From positions 139,635 to 203,634 of the forward strand of contig JAQTZZ010000002.1 of the NCBI GenBank assembly GCA_028687545.1: a stretch of DNA of 64,000 bases. Direction: 5' to 3'. Below, one piece after another: positions 37,857 through 47,263 of this stretch. Each line of letters starts with the position of its first letter. The first letter of the stretch is position 1. This DNA comes from Candidatus Wallbacteria bacterium. Its GTDB lineage: Bacteria; Muiribacteriota; JAQTZZ01. Made by a program: the position numbers and the translations under genes. Below the pieces are notes generated by a model, which saw only the letters and a program-made list of their open reading frames with translations, was not told the DNA's origin and did not search any database.

Positions 37857-39503
37857 TTATCGATTGTTGAGAAAAGCTCCCTGAATCTCAGGAGCTGAGT
37901 TGTTTTTCAAACAGGCCATTCCTGAAAGCAGCAGCAGTATCTTTTCAAATCCTTTATACCCTAAATTCCTGGTGTCTTCAAAAAGGCGCTGAGGCTCGAT
38001 TTTCACTCCATTCGAGGCGGAGAATTCACTCAGCATTTTGCAGAAAAAAGGTCTGCCTTTTTCAAACCAGCGGTCAATCGGCACTTTCAGGGGTGTTTTG
38101 GGTCTTGTGAGTACCTGTTCAGGCAGGTCATTGCGCATCAGTTCATGGAGGATGAATTTGCTCTTTTTCCCGTTCAGCCGGAAATCGTCGGGTAAAGACT
38201 GGAAAAAATTACGGAATCTATAATCTGCAAACGGAACCAATATTTCCGATTCAGCAGCATCAGCAATCCCCCTGATTCTAGGTAACTGATTGTCAGGAAG
38301 GAGTTCATCGTACTGAAAATCAGTCAGCGAATTCATGGGCTTCATCCATTCAATCCAGAAATGTTCCGGTTCAGTCCAACCTTTTTGAAACATCTCCTTT
38401 AATTCGTCTGAATTGAAATATGGCGTAAGATATTCCCTGTGATCAAAGATTTCCTGAAGTTCATCATTGAAAATGTCCTTCAGGATCGTGTTGCGGGGGA
38501 GATTGTCAAGCATCTCTACCGGAAAAAGACTGTAATAGCGGCTCTGCCGCTCTCTCTTTGCCAGAGCGGATAACTGATAATCATATCCCAGCAGCCCTTC
38601 ATCGCTCCCTGCACCATTCACAAAGCTGGAATGCCTTCCTGATAATGCAGCTATGAAGCTGAGCTGCCCCTGAGAACGAAGCAGGAAAGCCTTTTCAGAC
38701 AGAAGTTTTACCATCCAGTGTTTGAACATCTCAAATGTCAAATGGATTTTTTCATGTTTGATCCCAAGATATCTGGCAACTGCCTCGGCAGATTGAATCT
38801 CATTGTAATCAGGTTCGTCAAAAGTAATGGTATAGGCAGTCAAATTCCTGCCCAGCTTTTTCCCGGCTACTGCCAGTGATGACGAATCTATGCCTCCTGA
38901 CAGTAAAAGATTCAAGTCTTTACCGCATCTTAAATTCAGTGCATCCAGAATCAGAGCAAGCAGCGCCTTCTTTGCCTCAGCGAAACTGCCTCTGAAAACT
39001 TCAGCTTTCCAGGTATGGTATTTATCGATTTTCAGAGATTTTAAATTTAATTCCAGACAGTTCCCGGCTGGAAGGGATTGTACTCCAGTCCAGAAGGTCT
39101 GTGTCCCTGGAAGATAAGAATAGCGAAGAAATGACTGGACAGCATTCAGATTCGGAAGTGCCGGTTTCCCGGCCAGAATCGAAACATCGCAGGGATTTTC
39201 ACTGAAACTCAGCACACCCTGCTCCAGACTGTAATAAATCTGCCTGCAACCCATCCGGTCACGAATCAGCAGGCCCAGTTTTTTTTTCTGGTCATGGATC
39301 AGGATCACGGCTTCAAAGTTGAATTCGCGGCAGGCAGCAAGCCCCTTTGTCCTGTATTGTTCACAAAACAATGCTGCAGGGTTGGAAAGTTCAGACAATC
39401 CGAAAAACCTTCCTGATACCGCTACAGTGATCTCACTGGCTGAATGGACCAGCGCTTCTGAACAGATCAGCAGGTTTGATGAGAGGTCCAGCGTACCTCT
39501 CAT
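37857..39503 (-). CDS. asparagine synthetase B-like amidotransferase/adenylating enzyme lacking the N-terminal Cys nucleophile
   Basis: PP-loop LLSGGIDSSSLAV (the AsnB SGGxDSS motif). The N-terminus is MRGT, not MCG, and the ATG is fixed by an ATGA overlap with the upstream TPR gene stop. Confidence 0.8.
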   Translation of the reverse strand: MRGTLDLSSNLLICSEALVHSASEITVAVSGRFFGLSELSNPAALFCEQYRTKGLAACREFNFEAVILIHDQKKKLGLLIRDRMGCRQIYYSLEQGVLSFSENPCDVSILAGKPALPNLNAVQSFLRYSYLPGTQTFWTGVQSLPAGNCLELNLKSLKIDKYHTWKAEVFRGSFAEAKKALLALILDALNLRCGKDLNLLLSGGIDSSSLAVAGKKLGRNLTAYTITFDEPDYNEIQSAEAVARYLGIKHEKIHLTFEMFKHWMVKLLSEKAFLLRSQGQLSFIAALSGRHSSFVNGAGSDEGLLGYDYQLSALAKRERQSRYYSLFPVEMLDNLPRNTILKDIFNDELQEIFDHREYLTPYFNSDELKEMFQKGWTEPEHFWIEWMKPMNSLTDFQYDELLPDNQLPRIRGIADAAESEILVPFADYRFRNFFQSLPDDFRLNGKKSKFILHELMRNDLPEQVLTRPKTPLKVPIDRWFEKGRPFFCKMLSEFSASNGVKIEPQRLFEDTRNLGYKGFEKILLLLSGMACLKNNSAPEIQGAFLNNR

Positions 39504-39901
39504 GATTTACTTTTCCTGCAGTATTCGATCAATTCGAGAATTTTTTCATCCCGCTCATTTTCAGGAATTTTCTCAAGATAATCTAGAGCTTTCACGAAAT
39601 CACCGGACTGCTTGAAAAGGTTGCCGGTTTCATAAAGTGCTTCTGAATCAGAACCCAGTGCCAGCGCTTTTTCAAAATATCCGAATGACTCATCGAATTC
39701 TCCCATTTCACGCAACAGGATCCCCAGTCTGACATAATCGGTTTTTCCAGGATGCGGGTCGTCTTCAAGCCTTTCCTTGAGGATGCTGTAAGCGATCTGG
39801 TAGAGAGCTTTCAGGTAGTACTTGTCATCGCTTTTCGCCTGTTTCAGCAATTCTTTCAGCACCTGGTCATTATCAAGAAGATAAAATGAGTTATTCGACA
39901 T
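39500..39901 (-). CDS. small TPR-repeat protein (133 aa)
   Basis: Two to three TPR-like units; GAGGCGG Shine-Dalgarno before the ATG; stop overlaps the AsnB-like start. Confidence 0.6.
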   Translation of the reverse strand: MSNNSFYLLDNDQVLKELLKQAKSDDKYYLKALYQIAYSILKERLEDDPHPGKTDYVRLGILLREMGEFDESFGYFEKALALGSDSEALYETGNLFKQSGDFVKALDYLEKIPENERDEKILELIEYCRKSKS

Positions 39902-40120
39902 GCCGCCTCAATTGCACACATTGAGATATTATTTACAATAGCATTTTCCATTGCTCATTTCAAACCCGGGTTGTATTGCATCCGTTTTTTTTGCATCCGT
40001 TTTTTTGATTGACATATGAGCTTCATGCAAAAATGACAGTAAAATTTGAAAGTGCCTCTTGAAATTACCACGCTGAGTATATAGATTAAATAATGTACTT
40101 ATCGATTATTTGGGGGTGCA

Positions 40121-40939
40121 ATGAAAGTCATTATCACTGCAGCAGTCACAGGTGCAGAAACCACCCGCGCCCAGCAGCCGAATCTGCCGGTAACTCCGGC
40201 GGAAATCGCCCAGTCCACATATGAAGCCTGCATGGCCGGTGCAGCCATCGTCCACCTGCATGTACGAAAAGACGACGGGACTCCTACCCAGGATGTGGGT
40301 ATCTTTGAGAAAACAATTAAACTGATCCGCGAGAAATGCGAGATTGTGATCGAGATCACCACAGGCGGAGCAGTGGGCATGAGCGATGATGAGCGAGTGG
40401 CTCCGGTCAAACTCAAGCCCGACCTTGCGTCCCTCGACTGCGGCTCAGTCAATTTCGGCGACGACATCCTGCCCAACGGTTTCCCCAGCCTGCGCAGATT
40501 CGCCCGCCTGATGCGCGAACATGGCGTCAAGCCCACCATTGAATGCTTCGATTACGGCCACATCAACAATGCCAAGCTCCTGATCAAGGAAGGCCTGATC
40601 GATCCGCCTTATTATTTCACCTTTGTGACTGGTGTACCGGGTGGAATTCCGGGCACAGTCAAGAATCTTGTCTTCATGCGGGATGAGCTGCCTGAAAATA
40701 CTGTCTGGTCCAGCATCGGCATCGGCGGCAAGGCGTCGCTTCCCATGGGCCTGGCAGCCCTTCTGATGGGCGGCAATGTGCGCACCGGGTTCGAAGACAA
40801 CATCTATTTCAGGAAAGGCCAGCTCGCCAAGAGCAACGCCCAGCTCGTAACCCGGATCGTGGAGTTCGCCAAGGAACTGGGGCACGAGATCGCCACCCCG
40901 GCGGAAGCGAGAGAGATTTTAGGATTGAAGAAAAAGTGA
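40121..40939 (+). CDS. kce: 3-keto-5-aminohexanoate cleavage enzyme (BKACE/DUF849 family)
   Basis: N-terminal VIITAAVTGAETT...PNLPVTPAEIA...AGAAIVHLHVR matches the BKACE family; 272 aa; GGGGGTG Shine-Dalgarno; next to kdd and kamA. Confidence 0.8.
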   Translation: MKVIITAAVTGAETTRAQQPNLPVTPAEIAQSTYEACMAGAAIVHLHVRKDDGTPTQDVGIFEKTIKLIREKCEIVIEITTGGAVGMSDDERVAPVKLKPDLASLDCGSVNFGDDILPNGFPSLRRFARLMREHGVKPTIECFDYGHINNAKLLIKEGLIDPPYYFTFVTGVPGGIPGTVKNLVFMRDELPENTVWSSIGIGGKASLPMGLAALLMGGNVRTGFEDNIYFRKGQLAKSNAQLVTRIVEFAKELGHEIATPAEAREILGLKKK

Positions 40940-40976
40940 ATATCAGTCTGACAAAATTTTTCATTGAGGAGGTTAA

Positions 40977-42017
40977 ATGAAAGGCAATAAGTTCGGAACC
41001 CATCGCGTGATCGAGCCCAAAGGAGTGCTGCCCCAGCCCGCGCTGGTGATCGACAATGACATGAATAAACTATACGACAATGAAATACTCTGCGATGTGA
41101 CCACGCTGAACGTAGACTCGGCAAGCTTCACCCAGATCAAGGACGAAGCCGTAAAAGACCCCAAAAGAATCGAAGAAATAATGCTCGGGATTGTAGAACG
41201 CTTTGGCAAGCATAAAAATCCTGTCACAGGCTCAGGAGGCATGTTCATCGGTAAAGTAGCCAGAATTGGTAAAGCGCTTAAAGGCAAGATCCCTCTTCAG
41301 GAAGGAGACAGAATCGCAAGCCTGGTCTCGCTCTCGCTCACTCCGCTGAAGATCAAGAAAATCAAGAAAATCCACATAGACAAAGATCAGGTGGACATCG
41401 AAGGCCAGGCCATCCTGTTCGAGTCAGCGATTTACGCCAAGCTGCCGGAAGACCTGGACGAGAAACTGGCGCTGGCAGTGCTGGATGTGGCAGGTGCGCC
41501 TGCTCAGACCGCCAAACTGGTGCGGCCGGGCAATACAGTGCTGGTGATAGGCGCAGCAGGCAAATCCGGCCTTCTCTGCTGCTATGTAGCCAAGAAATAT
41601 GCCGGTTGCACCGGCCGTGTGATTGCCCTGGTGCATAGCGAAAAAAGCCTGGACCTGATGAAAAAAGTGAATTTCATTGATAACGTGATCGTGGCCGAAG
41701 CCTCAAACGCAGTGGATGTGCTGGAAAAGGTGGAAGCAGTCACCAACGGACAGCTCTGCGACCTGGTGATCAACTGCGTGAGCCGTGAAAACACGGAGAT
41801 GGGATCGATTCTCCCCTGCAAAGACAATGGTACGGTCTATTTTTTCTCCATGTCCACGAGTTTCACCAAAGCAGCTCTGGGCGCCGAGGGAGTAGGCAAG
41901 GACGTGACCATGGTGATCGGCAACGGCTATACCAAGGATCATGCCGCGATCACTATCGATTTAATGAGGGAATCCGAATGGCTGAGGAAATATTACGAGA
42001 AAAAGTACGTCGGCTGA
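40977..42017 (+). CDS. kdd: L-erythro-3,5-diaminohexanoate dehydrogenase (probable)
   Basis: 346 aa with Rossmann motif VLVIGAAGKSG; GAGGAGG Shine-Dalgarno; sits between kce and kamA as in lysine-fermentation operons. Assignment leans on context as well as sequence. Confidence 0.65.
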   Translation: MKGNKFGTHRVIEPKGVLPQPALVIDNDMNKLYDNEILCDVTTLNVDSASFTQIKDEAVKDPKRIEEIMLGIVERFGKHKNPVTGSGGMFIGKVARIGKALKGKIPLQEGDRIASLVSLSLTPLKIKKIKKIHIDKDQVDIEGQAILFESAIYAKLPEDLDEKLALAVLDVAGAPAQTAKLVRPGNTVLVIGAAGKSGLLCCYVAKKYAGCTGRVIALVHSEKSLDLMKKVNFIDNVIVAEASNAVDVLEKVEAVTNGQLCDLVINCVSRENTEMGSILPCKDNGTVYFFSMSTSFTKAALGAEGVGKDVTMVIGNGYTKDHAAITIDLMRESEWLRKYYEKKYVG

Positions 42018-42028
42018 AAGGAGTGCCT

Positions 42029-43273
42029 ATGGCTAGAGTCTTTTCGGATGTGCCTGAAAAAAAGTGGCAGGACTGGCAGTGGCAGCTGCAGAACCGCCTT
42101 ATGAAACTGCCTGATCTGAAGAAATGCTACCCTCTGACTGGCCAGCAGGTCAAGGATATCCAGAAAGTGCTGGTCAGCTTCAGGATGGCGATCACCCCAT
42201 ATTACCTTTCACTGATCGACCCTCAGAATCCTGACGATCCTGTGATGAAACAGGCTATTCCCACTATCCATGAAACAGAATTTTACCCCACAGATATGGA
42301 TGATCCCCTGCATGAGGAAGTGGATTCGCCTTGTCCTGGTCTCACCCATCGCTACCCTGACCGGGCGCTGCTTTTAGTGACTCATGTCTGCTCGATGTAC
42401 TGCAGGCACTGCACACGCAGGAGAAAAGTCGGAGACAATGAGGACCGGCACCTTCCCAAAAAGCAGCTGCTGGCCGGCTTTGATTACATCAGGAAAACGC
42501 CGCAGATCAGGGATGTGATTCTCTCAGGCGGTGACCCCTTCACCTTGACTGATCAGGAAATAGAGTGGCTGCTCTCTGAGCTTCGCAAGATCAAGCATGT
42601 GGAGATCATCCGTATCGGCACCAGGACTCCGGTCGTACTTCCCATGCGCATCACGGAAGCTCTCTGCCGGATGATCAAGAAGTACCATCCGGTCTACGTC
42701 AATACTCACTTCAATCATTTCCAGGAAATCAACGCAGACTCCAAACGGGCCTGCGAAATGCTTGCAGACCACGGTATTCCGCTCGGCAACCAGTCAGTGC
42801 TTTTAAAAGGAGTCAACGACAATCCGGCAGTGATGAAAAAGCTGGTCTGCGACCTCTTGAAGATCCGCGTCAAACCCTATTACATCTATGAATGCGACAT
42901 GTCCCGCGGCATCAGCCATTTCAGGACCCCTGTCGCCACAGGCATCAGCATCATGGAAAACCTGCGCGGACATGTCTCTGGCCTCGCTGTCCCGCATTTT
43001 GTAATCGACGCTCCAGGCGGAGGCGGAAAAGTGCCTGTGATGCCGACCTACATCATCTCCCAGGGGCCCGGTACGATCGTGCTGCGCAACTACGAAGGCA
43101 AAATCATTTCCTGCCACGACCGTCCGGGCGAAGCCGAAACCGAGGACCTGCCCAAAAACCTGAGCAGATACTATTCCATGGAAGGTGTGGCGGAACTCCT
43201 GAACACCCAGAATCACGCGCTGGATTACGGCAAGATCCTCAAGAAAGGTCCCAAGCGCGGAAAAAGAAAATAA
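42029..43273 (+). CDS. kamA: L-lysine 2,3-aminomutase (radical SAM, PLP-dependent)
   Basis: KamA N-terminal W.DWQWQL region, radical SAM CSMYCRHC, and a conserved C-terminal PLP region. Start set at the ATG at 42029 after AAAGGAG; the track's upstream start at 41978 overlaps kdd. Confidence 0.85.
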   Translation: MARVFSDVPEKKWQDWQWQLQNRLMKLPDLKKCYPLTGQQVKDIQKVLVSFRMAITPYYLSLIDPQNPDDPVMKQAIPTIHETEFYPTDMDDPLHEEVDSPCPGLTHRYPDRALLLVTHVCSMYCRHCTRRRKVGDNEDRHLPKKQLLAGFDYIRKTPQIRDVILSGGDPFTLTDQEIEWLLSELRKIKHVEIIRIGTRTPVVLPMRITEALCRMIKKYHPVYVNTHFNHFQEINADSKRACEMLADHGIPLGNQSVLLKGVNDNPAVMKKLVCDLLKIRVKPYYIYECDMSRGISHFRTPVATGISIMENLRGHVSGLAVPHFVIDAPGGGGKVPVMPTYIISQGPGTIVLRNYEGKIISCHDRPGEAETEDLPKNLSRYYSMEGVAELLNTQNHALDYGKILKKGPKRGKRK

Positions 43274-43317
43274 TTGCTCTGATTTTTAAACAGTCTGTTT
43301 CAAAATCGAATTCCAAG

Positions 43318-43350
43318 AAGAGAAATCCAACGGGTTTCTCTTCTTTTTTT
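43318..43350 (+). terminator. intrinsic terminator after kamA
   Basis: Perfect 9-bp stem GAAGAGAAA / TTTCTCTTC with a 9-nt loop, followed directly by a T7 run. Confidence 0.5.
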
Positions 43351-43395
43351 GAACCGATTCCATTTTTTTTCGTATAGTATGTAAAAGAAGGCAAA

Positions 43396-43899
43396 ATGGA
43401 CGCAAACGAAACACTCAAAAAATGGTTTTCCGAATATCACAGAGAGCTGTTTCTGTTCCTGCGGAAGCTGAGCAGAGACCATCATCTGGCGCAGGACCTG
43501 ATCCAGGAAACTTATGTCAGGGCTTACCTGAAATTCCACCTGTACGATCCCTCTCGCGGAAAACTGAAAAACTGGCTCTACCGGATCGCCATAAATCTTT
43601 ATCACGACCATCTGCGTTTTGAAAGCAGAGAACAGGAAACAGTCCGGAAACTGTCTGTGGAAAAACAGCTGGAATCCCAGGGCGACAAAAACGGAGAGGA
43701 ATGCTTTAAAATTCTACTGGAGCGAGCAGTGGACAGCCTGATTCCGGAGAAAAGGGAAATTCTGCTGTTATCGCTGGACAATAAGCTTGAAGAGGTAGGG
43801 CGGATTCTGGATCTGCCTGAGGGAACGGTAAAAAGCCGGCTTTTTCATATCAGACGGGAACTGCAGTCCCTGATCGAAAAACTGGAAACGGAGGCGTGA
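43396..43899 (+). CDS. ECF-type RNA polymerase sigma-70 factor
   Basis: Region 2 (HLAQDLIQETYVRAYLKF) and region 4 helix-turn-helix (LPEGTVKSRLFHIRREL); 167 aa. Confidence 0.85.
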   Translation: MDANETLKKWFSEYHRELFLFLRKLSRDHHLAQDLIQETYVRAYLKFHLYDPSRGKLKNWLYRIAINLYHDHLRFESREQETVRKLSVEKQLESQGDKNGEECFKILLERAVDSLIPEKREILLLSLDNKLEEVGRILDLPEGTVKSRLFHIRRELQSLIEKLETEA

Positions 43900-43900
43900 A

Positions 43901-44662
43901 ATGGGTATTAAAGACTTGAAGGAAAAACTGGACAGAATGGACGATTACATGCAGGACAAAAATGAGTCAATCCCGGAATGGGATGAGATTTCCGGCACTG
44001 TATACACGAAAATGGTGGACAGGACTTTCGGATATCTGATTTCATCACTGGCTGCGTGTTTCTTTCTGACGTTTGTGTTTCCAAGATATTATGCCGTCTG
44101 CAGCTTGAGCGGAAGCGATCCCGCAGAGTTCCTCAGACAGATAACGATTCTCTTTCTAAATCCCGGTATGCTGATTTCCACGATACTCGCCCTGCTTTTT
44201 TTCCTCGGGGGAACTGCACTTTATTTTTCCCATAACTGGGGACGGCTTCTGCTGAACTATTGCTTCGTGTTCTGGGGGCTGATAATCATCTATGAGATGC
44301 GCCACGGATTCGGCATGTTTCTCTCAGCAGAGATTTCCCAGAAGCTCCTGGCTCTGATGCTCTGGTTCTCAGTCATTCCTTTCATCTATGCCTATTTTGT
44401 CTATCATCAGCAGAGACTTTTTCATCTGAGCTTCTTGAAAGGCCTCATCCTGATCATGATGGCTGTCAATCTCTATATCATCTTCAACAGCATCTTCCTG
44501 GCACCGGCCGCGGCAGACAGACATGCCAATTACTTGCCGCTCGCCTTCTTTGCAGTCATCCTGATGCAGACTTACGAGGGACTCGGAACCTTCTTTCCCT
44601 CATTGCGTCAGATGCTGCATGGAAAATCAAAAGCCTCACAACCCCGTGAAACTGGAGCCTGA
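43901..44662 (+). CDS. polytopic membrane protein, possible anti-sigma factor partner
   Basis: Starts 1 nt after the sigma factor stop; soluble ~40-aa N-terminus then ~6 TM helices; no conserved motif. Confidence 0.5.
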   Translation: MGIKDLKEKLDRMDDYMQDKNESIPEWDEISGTVYTKMVDRTFGYLISSLAACFFLTFVFPRYYAVCSLSGSDPAEFLRQITILFLNPGMLISTILALLFFLGGTALYFSHNWGRLLLNYCFVFWGLIIIYEMRHGFGMFLSAEISQKLLALMLWFSVIPFIYAYFVYHQQRLFHLSFLKGLILIMMAVNLYIIFNSIFLAPAAADRHANYLPLAFFAVILMQTYEGLGTFFPSLRQMLHGKSKASQPRETGA

Positions 44663-44670
44663 GGCATGGT

Positions 44671-45684
44671 GTGTGTCTGGATTTTCGTGACAATACCGCG
44701 GGTTTGGGATACAATTACTGCATGCCGAAAGCCGCGCTTGAAAAACTCTTTTCAGAACCTGCCGTGTTCCTGACAGGCAACAGGAAAAATGCGGGGAAAA
44801 CCACGGTTCTGAATCACCTTGTCAGATACGCAAATTCGAAAAGAGAGGCGGAACATGTCTCTCTTTTTTCCATTGGCTGGGATGGCGAAGGACGTGACAG
44901 GATCTTTGAGAATCGGAAACCGGAAATCACTGTTTTCCAAGGCATGCGCTTTCTGACCGCTGAATACGCCCTGTCGCGAGCGGATTTCCCGTATCGGATT
45001 CTGTCAGGCTTCTCTTTCCGCTCCAATGCTGGAAATTACTATCTATGCCAAGCTCTGGCTGAAGGAAAAATCGAACTGATCGGACCTGAAGCTAATTATC
45101 AGCTGGATGAGGTTTTTTCGATTATCAAGGAATCGATGCCTGAAGGCACAGTATTGATCGACGGGGCGCTGGACAGGATCTCACAGATGGCTTCGCGGAA
45201 AGCGCCCGGCTTTGTCTTCATTTTCTCCCCTCTGCCGGGTAAAACCACTGAACAGATGCTGGCTGATTTCAGGCTGCAGCTCTCGCTTTTTGCACTTCCA
45301 AAAGCCGGATTGCTTTCACCCGGGGAGTCGGAAATCACGGGTTACAGTAAAGGCAAGGTCGTGCTGGAATGCGGAAAAAACGATCCTTTCACCGCTGAAT
45401 CGCTTGAGCTTGTTTATATTAAAGGCGCTCTCACCAGGAGCCTTGCCGATAAATTCCCCGGGGGGCTGGAACTGGTGGTGCAGGACTTCACCAGGATTTT
45501 TCTGGGTCCTGAAATTGAGCGGCGCAGGATCAGCGTGCTCGAACAGCCGGTGCCGCTGCTTTTCTGTTATAATCCAGGTCTGACAGGTATTGGTTTTCAG
45601 TCAATCCACAAAGAGCTTCTGGAAATGAATTCTGGATTTTTCCCCTCAGTCCGACTCTTAGATGTGATGGAACTGGAGAATTAG
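44671..45684 (+). CDS. hypothetical P-loop-containing protein
   Basis: Walker A-like FLTGNRKNAGKTTVLN near the N-terminus. GTG start at 44671 preceded by GAGG; the alternative ATG at 44722 has a weaker ribosome-binding site. Confidence 0.5.
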   Translation: MCLDFRDNTAGLGYNYCMPKAALEKLFSEPAVFLTGNRKNAGKTTVLNHLVRYANSKREAEHVSLFSIGWDGEGRDRIFENRKPEITVFQGMRFLTAEYALSRADFPYRILSGFSFRSNAGNYYLCQALAEGKIELIGPEANYQLDEVFSIIKESMPEGTVLIDGALDRISQMASRKAPGFVFIFSPLPGKTTEQMLADFRLQLSLFALPKAGLLSPGESEITGYSKGKVVLECGKNDPFTAESLELVYIKGALTRSLADKFPGGLELVVQDFTRIFLGPEIERRRISVLEQPVPLLFCYNPGLTGIGFQSIHKELLEMNSGFFPSVRLLDVMELEN

Positions 45685-45685
45685 C

Positions 45686-47263
45686 ATGGAAAGCGCAGTC
45701 CGCCTCTATACAAAGTATTCTCTGCAGAAAAGTAAAACCGCCAGGCTGTCCCTGCTCAAGAGGGTCTCAGCCGAACACCCGGAAATCCCGCTGCAGGGCG
45801 AAAAAGAAAAATTCTTTGAACTGGTGATAATTGAAGAGCAGGACAAGCCTCTGAGGGATTTTGCCCTTGGAATTTTACACAAGCTGAAAGGGTACGAAGT
45901 TAAGCCTGTAAAGACTGCCGGACGCCCTCCTGCCAAACCTGTCAAAATCGAGCAGAATTTCAGATTCTCGGTGCAGCGCGAAAATTTCCATGGCCCTCCT
46001 GCTCAGCTCAACAGCGAATTGAAAAAGCACTTTGCCGAACAATGCCGCGATCCGTTTTTTTCAGAAGTGCCGTTTCTCAACTACCTGCGCCGCGATCTGC
46101 GTGAAATCATCCGTAAAATCCTGAAAAAACCGCCTGTTTTCGGATTCTTTCAGTCAAAGCAGCACAATGGAGAAGCAGTTTATACTCTGGAAAAATCACT
46201 GGACCTGCAGCTTTTCTCAGGGCTGATCCCGCTGGACAGAGCGTTTTTTGCGGAAAATCACCTGCTGGACCCGGTGGCCAGGCTGGTGCCTGAACTCTAT
46301 TATACTCTCGTGCTGCTGGACCCGGATGGTCTGACACTGATCTTCAGGGGAGGCCTGGAACAGGTCAGCGCCTGCTATATGCGTCTGCCTGTTTCCGCTG
46401 TTTCGGACTGTTACTATCGAGACAATCGCTGCTTCCTAAAATTGACTGGCGAGATGCTGGTTTTCAGCGAGGTCTCAGAAGATGTTTCCTCTGAAATGGA
46501 GCTTGCCGTAAAGCTGAGCCGGGTTCTCGTTTCAGCGGAAGACCTTGGAATCATCGAGCGTGAAAAAAAGCGCCTTTCAGTGGAACTCAAGGGACGCATC
46601 ATCACGCAGGCGGTTTACAGCAAAAGACTTCAACTGATCACCCGGCTGAAGGATGCGATTTTTTCCCAGAGAAACATCGGCAGCATCCTGGGAAACCTGC
46701 TTTCTAAAAGTTCAGACGCCAGTAACAGGCTTATCTTCCGGGAATACGGGAAAGAGCTCTCGCTCCTTTTTTCGGACATCGTAGGCTTTACCAAAAAAAC
46801 TCAGCAGATCGGCACTGTCGGGATCATGGGAGTGCTTGCACTTTACGAAAAAATTGCGGAAAACGCAGCCGTAAAATATTCCGGACAGATCATCAAGAAA
46901 ATGGGAGACGGGATTCTGTTTTCCTTTGAAAAAAAGGAAAACGCAGCGCAATGCGCTTTCCATCTTCTTTCGGAAATCGATTCCACCAATCAAAATCTGG
47001 AGCATAACCACCGCTTTCAGATCAGGATCGTGCTTAATTCAGGCCTGATCTTTCAGAAAAACGGCGACATCTTCGGGGATCCGGTGAACATGATTTCCAG
47101 GATAGAAAAGGAAGCCGGGGCAGGGGAAATCGTAGCTACTGAAAGCTTCATCACCGGGATTTCTTCTGAATTTCAATGTCAGAGCCTGGGGGAAAAAAAT
47201 CTCAAGGGTTTTGAGGAACCAGTAACAATTTTCAGAATCATCAAAACCCCGGAGGACAGATGA
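45686..47263 (+). CDS. class III adenylate/guanylate cyclase-domain protein with ~330-aa uncharacterised N-terminal region
   Basis: C-terminal cyclase homology domain (LLFSDIVGFT...KKMGDGILFSF...RIVLNSGLIFQKNGDIFGDPVNMISRIEK); starts 1 nt after the upstream stop. Confidence 0.75.
   Translation: MESAVRLYTKYSLQKSKTARLSLLKRVSAEHPEIPLQGEKEKFFELVIIEEQDKPLRDFALGILHKLKGYEVKPVKTAGRPPAKPVKIEQNFRFSVQRENFHGPPAQLNSELKKHFAEQCRDPFFSEVPFLNYLRRDLREIIRKILKKPPVFGFFQSKQHNGEAVYTLEKSLDLQLFSGLIPLDRAFFAENHLLDPVARLVPELYYTLVLLDPDGLTLIFRGGLEQVSACYMRLPVSAVSDCYYRDNRCFLKLTGEMLVFSEVSEDVSSEMELAVKLSRVLVSAEDLGIIEREKKRLSVELKGRIITQAVYSKRLQLITRLKDAIFSQRNIGSILGNLLSKSSDASNRLIFREYGKELSLLFSDIVGFTKKTQQIGTVGIMGVLALYEKIAENAAVKYSGQIIKKMGDGILFSFEKKENAAQCAFHLLSEIDSTNQNLEHNHRFQIRIVLNSGLIFQKNGDIFGDPVNMISRIEKEAGAGEIVATESFITGISSEFQCQSLGEKNLKGFEEPVTIFRIIKTPEDR

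Noticed and set aside
37857-39503. Lasso-peptide biosynthetic cluster, suggested by the Cys-less AsnB-like enzyme
   Set aside because: No adjacent leader protease (transglutaminase-like B protein), no RRE/PqqD-like gene and no plausible precursor peptide ORF in the flanking 300 bp; the DUF3857/transglutaminase-like genes are 20 kb away and of a different type. The operon is kept as an unassigned tailoring module.
39930-40010. 23-codon - strand ORF (MKLICQSKKRMQKKRMQYNPGLK) in the divergent promoter region
   Set aside because: No ribosome-binding site; its repetitive KKRMQ sequence is simply the translation of the tandem DNA repeat, which is more plausibly a regulatory site.
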